A stretch of DNA of 64,000 bases from an uncultured Eubacteriales bacterium (GCA_964558915.1 CAZLFV010000001.1:76835-140834); one strand, 5' to 3'; counted from the first letter of the stretch, positions 29,798-40,345 are shown. Notes: generated from the letters alone by a model not told the origin. Made by a program: numbers and translations.

Positions 29798-30331
29798 ATG
29801 GACACCTTGCTTCTTGGCAATCGGAAAAAAATCAAGATTGTTGAGGGCAATATCGCCCTGCTGGATTGTGAGGCTGTGGTCAATGCCGCTAACAAATCTC
29901 TCCAGCTCGGCGGAGGAGTCGCGGGTGCCATCCGGACTTACGGCGGTCCAACAATTCAAAAAGAATGCGATAAATTAGCCCCGATTGGCGTGGGCCAAGC
30001 CGTGATCACGGGCGCGGGCAACCTCAAAGCCAAGTCAGTGATTCATGCTGTTGGCCCGGTTTACGGCGAGGGCAATGAGGAGGAGAAGCTGGCGAGCGCG
30101 ACGCTGAGCAGTTTGAGGATTGCCAGAGACAGGAAAATACAGACAATCGCCTTCCCCGCCATTAGCACTGGCGTCTATGGATTCCCGATTGAGAAATGCG
30201 CTAGCATCATGCTTCGGGCGGCGCTGGAGTTTCTGAGGAAAAACGATTTCCCTAAAGAGATTGTTTTTTGCCTGTACGGTCAAGAGGCCTATTCCATTTT
30301 CCTGAAGACTCTGGAGAGGCTGGCCGGATAG
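29798..30331 (+). CDS. Macro-domain protein (O-acetyl-ADP-ribose deacetylase-like)
   Basis: VVNAANKSLQLGGGVAGAI and GNLKAKSVIHAVGP macro-domain motifs. Confidence 0.8.
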   Translation: MDTLLLGNRKKIKIVEGNIALLDCEAVVNAANKSLQLGGGVAGAIRTYGGPTIQKECDKLAPIGVGQAVITGAGNLKAKSVIHAVGPVYGEGNEEEKLASATLSSLRIARDRKIQTIAFPAISTGVYGFPIEKCASIMLRAALEFLRKNDFPKEIVFCLYGQEAYSIFLKTLERLAG

Positions 30332-30341
30332 GACTTCCCGG

Positions 30342-31148
30342 TTAAAGGGACTTTTTTTTTCTGACAACAAAGAAAATCCCGAAGATGACAAAGGCAAGGA
30401 GAACTATCGTTGCCGATGCGGGGAGGTCGAAAAGAAAGGCTGCGCTCAGCCCCACGAGGACAGAAAAAAAGGAGACAGCGCAGCTCAGAGAGAGAGCTTG
30501 CTTAAAAGTCACCGCAACTTGCAAACCCGCTGCCGCTGGAATGACGAGGAGAGCTGTTACCAGAAGGATTCCGATGACCTTCATTCCCAAGACAACTGTA
30601 ATGGACGTCAGCACGGTCAGAAGGATGTCAAAACGCTGGGTCTTGATGCCAGACGCTCTGGCCGCCTCCCTGTCAAATGTCAGGTACATCAGTTTGCGAT
30701 AATTCAGCATGATCACGGCAACTATGACCCCGGCAAGGACTATCGAGAGCCAGACCTCGACAGGCTCAATGGCCAGGATATCGCCAAAAAGATAGCTGAG
30801 CAGATCGACATTAAAGCGCCCCGCGAGAGTTGCCAGAGCAATGCCCAGGGCCATCCCCACGCTGCTAAAAATTCCGATGGCCGTGTCTCCGTGAATGCCC
30901 GCCTTTTCTTTTAATCTCATGATCGCCAGTGAAGCCAGGATGGCCACGACGAGTGCAGTGCCCAGCGGAAGGATGTTCAGGAAGAGACCAAGAGCCACCC
31001 CGCCGAAGGTGACATGAGCCAGGCCATGGCCGATCATGGCATCTCGCCGGAGAAGCAAGAACACGCCCAGGATAGCGCAGGCGATAGCCACAAAAACTCC
31101 AGCCAGAAGGGCCCTTTGCAGGAATCCGTAGGTGAAAAGCGCTTCCAT
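30342..31148 (-). CDS. znuB: Metal (Zn/Mn) ABC transporter permease
   Basis: ABC-3 family hydrophobic profile, ~268 aa. Part of a binding protein-ATPase-permease operon. Confidence 0.8.
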   Translation of the reverse strand: MEALFTYGFLQRALLAGVFVAIACAILGVFLLLRRDAMIGHGLAHVTFGGVALGLFLNILPLGTALVVAILASLAIMRLKEKAGIHGDTAIGIFSSVGMALGIALATLAGRFNVDLLSYLFGDILAIEPVEVWLSIVLAGVIVAVIMLNYRKLMYLTFDREAARASGIKTQRFDILLTVLTSITVVLGMKVIGILLVTALLVIPAAAGLQVAVTFKQALSLSCAVSFFSVLVGLSAAFLFDLPASATIVLLAFVIFGIFFVVRKKKSL

Positions 31149-31160
31149 TAAGCTCCTCTA

Positions 31161-31913
31161 TTAGTGTCTGTGTGAGACGAGATGACCTCCGCCGGCGATG
31201 GCCTTCCACGCTTCGGACTGGCAAAAATCGTCATGGGACCCATGGTAAACGAGTTTTTGATTGAGACAGGCGACTTTGTTGATATGTTTGTTAACGATGC
31301 CGATGTCATGCGTTACTAAGATGATCGTAATCCTCTGGGCCTCATTCAGCAGATGAAGCATCTCATAGAAGTGCTCTTGGGTAGCAGCATCCACACCCAC
31401 GGTCGGCTCATCCAGGAAAAGAAGCTCGGGAGAATTGATAATTGCTCGGGCGATAAAAATACGCTGCTGCTGCCCTCCGGAAAGGCTTCCGATGGGCCAA
31501 TTTTGACACGCCTTCATGCCCACGTTCTCGAGAGCTGCTTCAATCGCCCTCTCCTCTTCCTTTTTTCTCTGCGCTGATCCTTTCTTCCGGGACTGGAAGG
31601 CCATGGCCACGACCTCTTTCACCGAGGCGGGAAAAAAGGGGTCGAAATGGGTGGCCTTTTGCGGTACATAGCCGATCTTTAACCATTCCCGAAACGCCTC
31701 AACCGGCTGGCCCATCATTAAAATTTTTCCATGGCTGGGTTTCAGCAGTCCAAGAATGACTTTAATGAGCGTAGTCTTGCCCGACCCGTTCGGCCCTAAG
31801 ATAGCTAGAAAATCGCCCCGACTGATCGAGAAGCTCACTCTTTCCAGGACAGGAACGGAGTTGTAGGCAAAGGTGATTTCCTCGACTCGAACGAGCTCCT
31901 TTTCCTCAATCAC
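31161..31913 (-). CDS. znuC: Metal ABC transporter ATP-binding protein
   Basis: GPNGSGKTT Walker A, LSGGQQQR signature, ILDEPT Walker B. Confidence 0.85.
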   Translation of the reverse strand: MIEEKELVRVEEITFAYNSVPVLERVSFSISRGDFLAILGPNGSGKTTLIKVILGLLKPSHGKILMMGQPVEAFREWLKIGYVPQKATHFDPFFPASVKEVVAMAFQSRKKGSAQRKKEEERAIEAALENVGMKACQNWPIGSLSGGQQQRIFIARAIINSPELLFLDEPTVGVDAATQEHFYEMLHLLNEAQRITIILVTHDIGIVNKHINKVACLNQKLVYHGSHDDFCQSEAWKAIAGGGHLVSHRH

Positions 31914-32802
31914 AGAGAAGACCTCTTTTTAGATTCTCTAAGTTTTCTTCCATGATCTTAATAAACGTCAGACCAGATGCCCATTCTCTTTTGTTCAGGT
32001 TGGCCCCCGCATTCAGGACAAGAAGGTCGGCTTGAATTTCTCGAGCCAGGACTTTGGCCATCTTGGGGCTAGTATTCGCTTCCATAAAGACTGCCTTGAT
32101 ATTGCGTTGTTTGGCCCACTCAATTATCTCCATAAGCCGGCTCGGTGATGGCTCAGCATCGGGACTCAAACCATAGAGAGAAACCTGTTGGAGATGGAAC
32201 CTTCTGGCGAGATGGCCAAAGGCCGCATGCCCACCAAGGAGGATAATTTTGTGATTGCATCGGCCGAGGTCTCGCGAAAAATGGGCATCAAGCTTGCTCA
32301 GTTTTTCGTTGTAGCGGTCGGCTCCGGACCTATAGAGCGAGGCATGGGAGGGATCGATTTCGGTAAGGACTTCGGCAATGCGGCTGACGATTGTCCGGTC
32401 CAGCTCAAGATCCAGCCAGATATGAGGATCTATGGCTTCCTTGTCGTCAGCGCTCTCCAAGGGCAAGAACTCGGCCACTGCCAAAGTCTTGAGCCGGACG
32501 GATGGCGCGCTTCTCAAGAGGTCATTAACCCATGGCTCAAGCCCGGCTCCGATATAGATAAAGAGGTCTGCAGAAGCGAGACGTGTAATATCGCTGGCCC
32601 TGGGCTGCCAGGTGTGGACTCCGGCTCCGGGCGGGAGGAGGAGGCTAACATCTCCTCGTTCATTGGCGACAGCCCGGGCAAATTCCACGATCGGATAAAT
32701 GCTAGCCACTATCTTGAGTTTTTTGGCTTGGGCTCCATCGTTCTTTTGCGGTGAGACGAGGCTCATCCAGAAGCTGAAGATCAGGAGAACAAAATATTTC
32801 AA
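31906..32802 (-). CDS. znuA: Metal ABC transporter substrate-binding protein (TroA/ZnuA cluster-9)
   Basis: Signal peptide. KIVASIYPIVEFARAV and HIWLD motifs typical of ZnuA/TroA. Confidence 0.75.
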   Translation of the reverse strand: MKYFVLLIFSFWMSLVSPQKNDGAQAKKLKIVASIYPIVEFARAVANERGDVSLLLPPGAGVHTWQPRASDITRLASADLFIYIGAGLEPWVNDLLRSAPSVRLKTLAVAEFLPLESADDKEAIDPHIWLDLELDRTIVSRIAEVLTEIDPSHASLYRSGADRYNEKLSKLDAHFSRDLGRCNHKIILLGGHAAFGHLARRFHLQQVSLYGLSPDAEPSPSRLMEIIEWAKQRNIKAVFMEANTSPKMAKVLAREIQADLLVLNAGANLNKREWASGLTFIKIMEENLENLKRGLLCD

Positions 32803-32812
32803 TCGTGCCGTC

Positions 32813-33979
32813 CTACCCTGGGAGATGCCTGGCCGTGGCGCCCTCTCCTATAGAAATGATATGGAATTCCGGGTGGGGAAAACCCTTCTCTTCGGCTTCG
32901 CCTCGAAGCTTCGTCTTGAACCTTTCGATGTGCGCTTGCTTGAGCAGGGCAATTCCCGACCCTCCGAATCCCGCTCCCACGAGGCGGGCTCCCAGGCAGG
33001 CCGGAAATCTCTTTGCGGTTTCATAGAGAAGGTCGAGCTCCGGGCAGGAGACTTCGTAATCATCTCTTAAGCTCTCGTGAGACTGGAAAAGGAGTTTTCC
33101 TAACGCCGCAAGCTTGTCAGTTTTTAATAACTCCAAAGCTCTTTGGACTCGTTCGTTTTCACTGATGACATGTTTTGCCCGTCGATAAAGGACATCGGGC
33201 ATTGTCTCTCTGACATTCTTGAGGAGTCCTGTCGTCGCCTCTTTGTAAGTGCGGACTCCTTTTTTCTCGCGCAAAATTTTTAGAGCTTCCGAAGCCTCCT
33301 GACGACGGATGTTATATTCGGACGCGGCCAATTCTCTCCGAACCTTGGTATCGTAGACAAGGATTCGAAGCCCATTTTTTTCCAGGTTCAAGGGAAAGAG
33401 CTCATGGGTAAGTGTTTCACAGTCTAGGAACAGGGCCTTGTTTTTTTGGCCGAAAACGGCGATGAACTGGTCCATGAGACCGCATTTCACACCGACGAAG
33501 TCGTTCTCAGCTACTTGGGCGAGCCTGGCCATCCGTTCGGCAGGAAGGTCGATCCCGGACAATTCAGCCAGGCCTTTTATTACACTGACTTCAAGAGCGG
33601 CCGAGGAGCTCAGCCCGGACTCGAGAGGCACTTCTCCCCAGACAATGGCGTTCGTCCCGCCCAGCTTGTAACCTTCCTTCTGGAGAGCCCAAAAGATTCC
33701 TCTAATATAATTTGCCCAGCGGTGGCGGTCAGAGGGTACGATGTGTTCAAGGGAGAAGGAATCTTCTTGCTGGAAATTTTCCGCCCAGATATGGACGAGG
33801 GTGTCCTGTCTCGGAGAGGCCAGAAAATAGTTCTTCAGATGAATAGCCGCTGGAAGCACGTACCCATTATTGTAGTCCGTGTGCTCGCCGATGAGGTTGA
33901 TCCTGCCCGGAGCGGAGGCGAGAAGGCGAGGCTCGGAGTGGTGAATTTCAAAGAAGATCTTCTCTAAGTTTTTGGGCAT
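32813..33979 (-). CDS. galK: Galactokinase (GHMP kinase)
   Basis: APGRINLIGEHTDYNNGYVLPAAI galactokinase signature, GHMP motif GAGFGGSG. Start moved to the ATG at 33979. Confidence 0.85.
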   Translation of the reverse strand: MPKNLEKIFFEIHHSEPRLLASAPGRINLIGEHTDYNNGYVLPAAIHLKNYFLASPRQDTLVHIWAENFQQEDSFSLEHIVPSDRHRWANYIRGIFWALQKEGYKLGGTNAIVWGEVPLESGLSSSAALEVSVIKGLAELSGIDLPAERMARLAQVAENDFVGVKCGLMDQFIAVFGQKNKALFLDCETLTHELFPLNLEKNGLRILVYDTKVRRELAASEYNIRRQEASEALKILREKKGVRTYKEATTGLLKNVRETMPDVLYRRAKHVISENERVQRALELLKTDKLAALGKLLFQSHESLRDDYEVSCPELDLLYETAKRFPACLGARLVGAGFGGSGIALLKQAHIERFKTKLRGEAEEKGFPHPEFHIISIGEGATARHLPG

Positions 33980-34115
33980 GAGAAGAAAATTGAGTTTAGG
34001 GGAACAACCAGAAAAAGTCAAACCGCAGGTTTTTCTCCCTCTGTCCTTGAATTGGACAGTCTTTTGTGGCATCATTGCAAAAAATACGAGTTCTGATTAG
34101 TGCAGGAGGAAAGAC

Positions 34116-35570
34116 ATGATAGAGACCTTTGAAGGGCTTAGGCCGTTACTGCTCTGGAAGTATTTTGCTCAGGTTTTAAAAACTCCCCACTGCTCGGGAA
34201 ATGAGAAACCGCTGGGCGACTATATCATCTCTGTCGCCCGGGGCTTGAACCTGGCCTGGAAGAGGGACAAGGTGGGGAATGTCGTCGTCATGAAGCCCGC
34301 CTCTCGCGGCTCGGAGAATTCCCCCGGCGTCGTTCTCCAGGGGCACTTGGATATGGTTTGTGAAAAGAATTCGGACGTGTCTCATGATTTTTCCCGAGAT
34401 CCTATCCAGGCGCAGCGAGAAGGAGATTGGATCCAAGCAAAAGGAACGACCCTTGGCTCGGATAACGGCATCGGGTTGGCTGCGGCATTGGCCGTAATGG
34501 AGGACAAGACATTGGTCCACGGCCCGCTGGAGTTTCTCTTTACGGTTGACGAGGAAACAGGGCTAACCGGTGCCAACAAGCTGGGCAAAGACTTCCTTCA
34601 CGGAACCAAGCTTTTAAACCTCGATAGCGAGGAAGAAGGGACTTTTACGATCGGCTGTTCGGGCGGAGGAGATTCAGAAATCACTTTTCTTTTGGAACGG
34701 AAGAAAAAAAGATACAAGGATTTCTACCGACTGAAATTGTTTGGCCTTCGCGGCGGACATTCCGGGCTGGATATCAACCAGGGCAGAGGGAATGCGATCC
34801 GGCTCCTTGCCCGGGTCCTCTATCAGGCCCAGGATAAGTTTAAGTTCGAGATGGTCCGAATAGAAGGCGGGAACAAAAGAAACGCCATTCCTCGCGAGGC
34901 CTGGGCCGATTTTTACGCTGACCGGAATACGGCCAAAAAGATGCAGGTTTTTGTGCGTAAGGAATTCGCCAAAATTCAGAACGAGTATAAAGCCGTGGAA
35001 AAAGAAGCGCGCCATTCCTTTGAAAGAGTGGAAGACACCAAAGAAGACCCCTTGACCGCGGCCTCGCAGGGGGAATTGACTCGCTTCCTTCTGAGCTTGC
35101 CGCATGGCGTCATCGCCATGCACCCGGAGATTGCCGGGCTTGTCGAAACGTCGACTAATCTGGCCATCATCAGGTGTGAGAAAAAGCAGGCCCAGATCAT
35201 TACGAGCAGCCGGAGCTCTATTGCCTCAGCCCTGGAGGCTGTGCGGAATTCAATCCGGGCTCTAGCTGAGCTTGCCGGAGCTCGCGTCGTCCAGAGCCTT
35301 GGCTATCCTGGCTGGGAGCCCAACCTCCAGTCTGAACTGTTGAAAAAACTCGCGGAAGTCTATAAGAGAACCTTTGCCAAAGAGGCGCGGTTTGTGGCCA
35401 TTCATGCCGGCCTGGAGTGCGGCATTATCGGCGAAAAATATCCCGGCATGGAGATGATCTCTTTTGGCCCGACCATTCAGCATCCTCATTCACCCGAGGA
35501 AAGAGTCCACGTGGGCTCAGTGGAGGATTTCTGGAAATTCCTAACCGCATCGCTCCAGGAATTCGCCTAA
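34116..35570 (+). CDS. pepD: Xaa-His dipeptidase (aminoacyl-histidine dipeptidase, M20C)
   Basis: [34 protein letters not shown] motifs, 484 aa. Confidence 0.8.
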   Translation: MIETFEGLRPLLLWKYFAQVLKTPHCSGNEKPLGDYIISVARGLNLAWKRDKVGNVVVMKPASRGSENSPGVVLQGHLDMVCEKNSDVSHDFSRDPIQAQREGDWIQAKGTTLGSDNGIGLAAALAVMEDKTLVHGPLEFLFTVDEETGLTGANKLGKDFLHGTKLLNLDSEEEGTFTIGCSGGGDSEITFLLERKKKRYKDFYRLKLFGLRGGHSGLDINQGRGNAIRLLARVLYQAQDKFKFEMVRIEGGNKRNAIPREAWADFYADRNTAKKMQVFVRKEFAKIQNEYKAVEKEARHSFERVEDTKEDPLTAASQGELTRFLLSLPHGVIAMHPEIAGLVETSTNLAIIRCEKKQAQIITSSRSSIASALEAVRNSIRALAELAGARVVQSLGYPGWEPNLQSELLKKLAEVYKRTFAKEARFVAIHAGLECGIIGEKYPGMEMISFGPTIQHPHSPEERVHVGSVEDFWKFLTASLQEFA

Positions 35571-35598
35571 TCCAGAAATTCGCCAGGGACGGCAGAGA

Positions 35599-36075
35599 AT
35601 GAAAAGAAGAGAAGCCTTGCTGGGTCTAAGCGGGCTGGCTCTTCTTCAGCCCGTCGTATTCGCAATAGGAGGGAACAACCCAATGAAGCAAGAAGTCAGA
35701 ACTGAGAAAGCTCCTCAAGCAATAGGCCCTTATTCTCAAGGTATCGTAGCTAATGGATTTGTCTTCGCCTCCGGCCAGATTGCTTTCGACCCTGCCACCG
35801 GGCAGCTAAACATGGGGTCCATTGAAGACCAGACCAGGCAGGTCTTGAAAAACCTCGGGGCGGTCCTTGAGGCCGCGGGAAGTTCCTTTGATCATGTTGT
35901 TAAAGCTACTGTCTTTCTTCAAGACATGAACGATTTCAGCCGCATGAACCAGGTCTACGCCGAATTCTTCAAATCCCCCTTCCCCGCCAGAGCAGCCGTC
36001 CAGGTGGCCCGGCTCCCTCGTGATGTCAAGGTCGAGATAGAGGCGATCGCCCTCGCCCGCGCCAAGAAAAAATAA
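35599..36075 (+). CDS. ridA: RidA (YjgF/TdcF) family enamine/imine deaminase with N-terminal signal peptide
   Basis: RidA core from [20 protein letters not shown]. It is preceded in frame by [25 protein letters not shown] (RR + hydrophobic region). An alternative cytoplasmic start at 35683 has an AGGAGGG SD 9 nt upstream. Confidence 0.75.
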   Translation: MKRREALLGLSGLALLQPVVFAIGGNNPMKQEVRTEKAPQAIGPYSQGIVANGFVFASGQIAFDPATGQLNMGSIEDQTRQVLKNLGAVLEAAGSSFDHVVKATVFLQDMNDFSRMNQVYAEFFKSPFPARAAVQVARLPRDVKVEIEAIALARAKKK

Positions 36076-36127
36076 AGCGGGCAGCCCGAGTGGACAGCAT
36101 GCTGGGATTCCTGTAGAATATTTTCTG

Positions 36128-36346
36128 ATGCCGATTTATGAGTTCACTTGTAAGAAATGTTGTCATCATTTTGAGGCTCTTGTCCGGGTTGGCGGAGAAA
36201 AAGGGGTTTCCTGCCCGAAGTGCATGAGCCCGGAAATTCAGAAACTTTTCTCTTCCTTCGGCATCGGCGGGCCGAGCAACCGGCTGACCACGTCTTCGAG
36301 CTCCTGCGCGACATGCTCGACGAAATCCTGCAGCACGTGCCGTTAG
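36128..36346 (+). CDS. FmdB-family zinc-ribbon protein
   Basis: MPIYEFTCKKCCHHFEAL...CPKCMS (CxxC...CxxC zinc ribbon at the N-terminus). Confidence 0.55.
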   Translation: MPIYEFTCKKCCHHFEALVRVGGEKGVSCPKCMSPEIQKLFSSFGIGGPSNRLTTSSSSCATCSTKSCSTCR

Positions 36347-36364
36347 TCAGGCAAGATCGACTCT

Positions 36365-37534
36365 TCAGCCATAGAATTCCTTGATACAAGAAATCACCCC
36401 GTCCTGCTGCTCGGGAGTGAGTTCTGGATAGATCGGCAGGGCCAGGACTTCCTTGGCCGCTTTTTCTGAGACGGGAAAGTCTCCGCGCTTGTATCCCAAG
36501 GAAGAAAAGCATTTTTGGAGATGAAGCGGGAGGGGATAAAAAATGGATGTCCCGATGCTTCTTTCTTTCAAGTGCGCCTGCAGTTCATCCCTTTTTTTGG
36601 CTCTGATGACATATTGGTGAAAGGTATGGTAATAGGCGACGCCGCTATCTTTATATACTGTTGCAGGCGGCTGGACGAGTCCCTCCTTTTCGAGACCCGT
36701 TTCGGCAAACCTCAAACTATAGTACGCTGCCCGCTCCTGTCTTTTCTTCTGCCAACCCTCAAGGTGTCTAAGCTTAACCCGCAGAACAGCCGCCTGAAGG
36801 GCATCTAGGCGGAAATTTCCGCCCAGAAGCTTGTAGAAATGTTTATTGACACCTCCGTGAACTCGAAGGCATTTTAGCTTGGCCGCGAGTTTTGGATGAT
36901 CCGTCAGAACCATCCCGCCGTCGCCGTAGCCTCCTAGGTTTTTGGAGGGGAAAAAGGATAGAGTCCCAACCGTGCCCATAGAACCCGCGCGTTTTGTCCC
37001 TTTTCGGGAAGGATATTCAGCGGCAACGGCTTGGGCTGCGTCTTCGATGACCCAGAGTGCGTACTTTTTTGCCGACGCCGAGAGAGGATCCATATCAGCG
37101 CACTGGCCATAGAGATGGACGGGGATTATCGCCTTGACCTTTTGGATCATTCGTATTCTCTTGGCCTTTTGGAGAAGCTCTTCCAGCTTCTCTGGGTCGA
37201 TGTTGTAGGTTTTGGGGTCGATATCGCAGAACATCGTTTTGGCGCCAACCCGGGCGATCGCTCCGGCCGTGGCAAAAAATGTGAAAGGCGTCGTGACGAC
37301 AGCGTCTCCCGGTCCTATTCCCAAGGCCATCAGAGATATGATCAAGGCATCGGAACCGGAGGAAACGCCGATGCCGAATTTTACGCCGCTCAGAGACGCG
37401 ATCTCTTTTTCCAGGGCATCGACTTCGGCTCCAAGAATGAAACTCTGGGAGCTGAGCACCGCAGAGACCTTTTCGTTGATTTCTTCCTTGATCGCTTGAT
37501 ACTGGGCTTTCAAGTCCAGAATCGGGAGATTCAT
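36365..37534 (-). CDS. DegT/DnrJ/EryC1/StrS family PLP sugar aminotransferase
   Basis: LPILDLKAQYQAIKEEI N-terminus and a lysine region typical of DegT-family aminotransferases. Confidence 0.85.
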   Translation of the reverse strand: MNLPILDLKAQYQAIKEEINEKVSAVLSSQSFILGAEVDALEKEIASLSGVKFGIGVSSGSDALIISLMALGIGPGDAVVTTPFTFFATAGAIARVGAKTMFCDIDPKTYNIDPEKLEELLQKAKRIRMIQKVKAIIPVHLYGQCADMDPLSASAKKYALWVIEDAAQAVAAEYPSRKGTKRAGSMGTVGTLSFFPSKNLGGYGDGGMVLTDHPKLAAKLKCLRVHGGVNKHFYKLLGGNFRLDALQAAVLRVKLRHLEGWQKKRQERAAYYSLRFAETGLEKEGLVQPPATVYKDSGVAYYHTFHQYVIRAKKRDELQAHLKERSIGTSIFYPLPLHLQKCFSSLGYKRGDFPVSEKAAKEVLALPIYPELTPEQQDGVISCIKEFYG

Positions 37535-37544
37535 CGAGTCCTCC

Positions 37545-38027
37545 TTAGGTCAGCACCTTTTTGAGTTTCTTTTTTTCAATCAGCAGCTGGCCCTGATAAG
37601 AGACGTAGTTCAGAAGGATCATAACCCTTTCCTTATCGTCAAGCTCTTTCTTGAATATCCCTTTCAAGCCCTTGAGGGGGCCCTCGGCGACCTCAATCTC
37701 ATCCCCGAGCTTTGGCTCCTCGCCGTGTTTCTCCAGCTCGATCAGCCCGTTCACCTCCCTGGCTTTGATTTGCTGAATTACAGTTTCAGGGATGGGAATG
37801 GGACCTTCCCTATTTCCTACAACTCTTTTCACACCCCGAGTGTACTTGACCAGCTGAAACTGGGAGGGGAAGTCAAAAAACAGGAATCCATAGCCCGGGA
37901 AGAACGGCTTAACTCGGGTTTCTTGTCGATACTTAGGATAATAGAACTCAAAACCTCCTTCGCTAAACAGCCGGGCGACTTGGAATTCCTTCTTGGGCTT
38001 GGTGTTGATGACAAACCAGTTTTCCAT
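37545..38027 (-). CDS. NusG-paralog transcription antiterminator (UpxY/RfaH-like, NGN + KOW)
   Basis: MENWFVINTKPKKEFQVARLFSEGGFEFYYP NGN domain plus a C-terminal KOW. Located immediately upstream of the sugar aminotransferase. Confidence 0.6.
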   Translation of the reverse strand: MENWFVINTKPKKEFQVARLFSEGGFEFYYPKYRQETRVKPFFPGYGFLFFDFPSQFQLVKYTRGVKRVVGNREGPIPIPETVIQQIKAREVNGLIELEKHGEEPKLGDEIEVAEGPLKGLKGIFKKELDDKERVMILLNYVSYQGQLLIEKKKLKKVLT

Positions 38028-38032
38028 GTTAG

Positions 38033-38857
38033 CTAATCGAGGAGCCGCAATGATGCATAAAATTTAGGCCGCCTGTCCGGAAAGAAGTGCTTTTTGGCGA
38101 ACGACCGTTGAACTTCGCTCAAGTCGCAATCGGCGTACAGGATGAAATCCTGGCCTCCGGGCGCTCGGGCAACCAGCCTTCCGTCCGGGGCGACTATAAA
38201 GGATTCGCCGGCGAATTGGTGAACCTCCTCTTTTCCCACGCGGTTGACTAGGGCGGCGTAATAACCATTTTGGAAAGCCGCCACTCGGAGCTCCGCCTCG
38301 AAAATTCCTTCTGCCCACTCCCCCACAGCTCCGGCCTGGGGAACAATGACAATCTCCGCTCCCTGGAGCGACAGCGCGCGCATGAATTCGGGGAAATGGC
38401 GGTCGTAGCAGATAGCGACGCCGACGTTTCCGAGCCGTGTTCTATGGACAAGACGGGTCGAATTTCCAGGGCTGTAATAACCTTGCTCATGAAACCCGGG
38501 TCCTTCCATGATGTGGGCCATGCGGGTGACTCCGAGCAGGCGGCCGTCTGAATCGATGACGGGGGAAGAGTCGTATGTTTTATTTCCGTCCTTTTCGAGG
38601 AGATTGAGAACGATCACGACCCCAAGCTCCCCGGCCAACGCAGAGAACACTTCTGTCGTTGGGCCGGGAATGGGTTCCGCCTGCTCCAGCGCCTCCGGGG
38701 TGGCGGGATATTGAGGTAGGAAACGCAGGAAAGCCAGTTCCGCAAAAGAGATGAGTTCCGCCCCGGCGCTGGCCGCCTCCCGGCATGCCCTCATTCCTCT
38801 CTCGAGATTCTCCTTGCGGTCAGGAGAGGCATGCTGCTGGACAAGCGCGACCTTCAT
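38033..38857 (-). CDS. Carbon-nitrogen hydrolase family protein (nitrilase/amidase superfamily)
   Basis: Glu-Lys-Cys triad context (ISFAELAF ... VGVAICYDRHFPE). Start moved to the ATG at 38857, 1 nt after the pepP TGA. Confidence 0.75.
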   Translation of the reverse strand: MKVALVQQHASPDRKENLERGMRACREAASAGAELISFAELAFLRFLPQYPATPEALEQAEPIPGPTTEVFSALAGELGVVIVLNLLEKDGNKTYDSSPVIDSDGRLLGVTRMAHIMEGPGFHEQGYYSPGNSTRLVHRTRLGNVGVAICYDRHFPEFMRALSLQGAEIVIVPQAGAVGEWAEGIFEAELRVAAFQNGYYAALVNRVGKEEVHQFAGESFIVAPDGRLVARAPGGQDFILYADCDLSEVQRSFAKKHFFPDRRPKFYASLRLLD

Positions 38858-38858
38858 C

Positions 38859-40256
38859 TCAGCCCTTTTTTGCGGCCATGGTCCGCTCGACATCCCGGAC
38901 CGTTTTGGGAATCGGTTTTCCCAAGACGCGATGCCCGTCTCGAGTAACAAGGATATTGTCCTCTATCCTGATCCCGGTGAAATTTCTGTAGCGTTCGACT
39001 TCGTTGTAGTTAATGAACGAGGCGAGCTTCTTTTCTTTTTTCCATTGATCGATCAGAGCAGGGATAAAATAAATCCCCGGTTCAACAGTGAGGACGAAAC
39101 CGGGTCGAAGTTCCCGGGCCATCCTCAGGTAGGCCAGCCCGAACTGCTTGCTCCTTTTAACGGTCTCGTCGTACCCCACGAAGTTTTCTCCCAACCCTTC
39201 CATATCATGGACATCTAACCCGAGCATATGACCCACGCCGTGGGGAAAGAAAAGGGCATGGGCGCCTGCTTCGACAGCCTCGTCCATATTGCCCTTCATC
39301 AGCCCGAGCGACTTCAAACCAGAGGCTAGAGTTCTGGCCGTTTCGAGATGGATATCCTTGTACTTGACACCGGGCCGAATGGACTCAATGGCCTTTTGCT
39401 GCCCGTTCAAGACGACGTCATAGACTTCTTTCTGCTGGGAAGTGAACTGGCCGCTCACCGGGATCGTCCGGGTGATATCCGAGGCATAGGACATCGGAGA
39501 AGAGGCGCCGGCGTCCATAACTACCAGACTTCCTTTTGTCAGCATATTTGTGTAATACGGATTGTGAAAAATATGGCCCTTGATGGTCAGGATCGTAGGA
39601 TACGCGGTCTGACAACCGTGAGCCAGGCAGATGCCGTCCATTTTTCCGGCGATGTCCCATTCATGGATCCCCGGCCTTGTGGCTTGCATGGCCGCGAGGT
39701 GCATTTTCCTGGTGACGGAGAGGGCTTTTTCAATCTCCAGGATTTCTTCATCGCTTTTTGTTGACCGTTGGGTGACCACAGCCCGGATTAGCTCCTCGGA
39801 GACATTTTTCTTGACCTCTTGCGGCTCCATTTCAAGAAGAGAGCTGAGTCGAGCCAGAATTTCAGGCCGGTAAGGAGGAAGATAATGAATCGTTCTCTCC
39901 TGCAATTTGGCCTGGCGGATTACCTCTTTTACCTGGGAAAGGGGCGCCGAGTGCTTGACTCCAACCCGGTTTGCTCTTTCCTTAATCTTGGGAACATCGC
40001 CCATCCAGATGACATCTTCGAGCGTGACATCGTCCCCAAAAATTATGTCTTCTCCGGCATCGCTGTCGATCAGGGCCGCGAGAGAGGGGGTGTCCAGGCC
40101 GAAATAATAGAGGAAAGAACTATCCTGCCTGAACGGATAGGTGTTCGCGGGATAGTTCATCGGGCTCTCTTCGTTTCCCAGAAAGAGAATGACTCCCGAT
40201 GGAATTCGCTTTTTTAATAGTTTCCTTCTTTGGATGTAGACCGAGCTGTCAAACAT
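38859..40256 (-). CDS. pepP: Xaa-Pro aminopeptidase (M24B, aminopeptidase P)
   Basis: M24 pita-bread fold motifs (VVMDAGAS, HGVGHMLGLDVHD, LTVEPGIY, IRIEDNILV), 465 aa. Confidence 0.8.
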   Translation of the reverse strand: MFDSSVYIQRRKLLKKRIPSGVILFLGNEESPMNYPANTYPFRQDSSFLYYFGLDTPSLAALIDSDAGEDIIFGDDVTLEDVIWMGDVPKIKERANRVGVKHSAPLSQVKEVIRQAKLQERTIHYLPPYRPEILARLSSLLEMEPQEVKKNVSEELIRAVVTQRSTKSDEEILEIEKALSVTRKMHLAAMQATRPGIHEWDIAGKMDGICLAHGCQTAYPTILTIKGHIFHNPYYTNMLTKGSLVVMDAGASSPMSYASDITRTIPVSGQFTSQQKEVYDVVLNGQQKAIESIRPGVKYKDIHLETARTLASGLKSLGLMKGNMDEAVEAGAHALFFPHGVGHMLGLDVHDMEGLGENFVGYDETVKRSKQFGLAYLRMARELRPGFVLTVEPGIYFIPALIDQWKKEKKLASFINYNEVERYRNFTGIRIEDNILVTRDGHRVLGKPIPKTVRDVERTMAAKKG

Positions 40257-40345
40257 TTGTCATACCTCGCTTTAATAATCGGCGTTCTTCTTTTCCGTAT
40301 ATCAAATTGTCCGCCTGATTTCAACAATTCCGGGCCATCCGCCGG

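Noticed and set aside
36144-36512. 122-aa minus-strand ORF overlapping the FmdB zinc-ribbon gene
   Set aside because: It has no RBS and is Arg/Ser-rich low complexity. The FmdB frame has a clear CxxC...CxxC ribbon.
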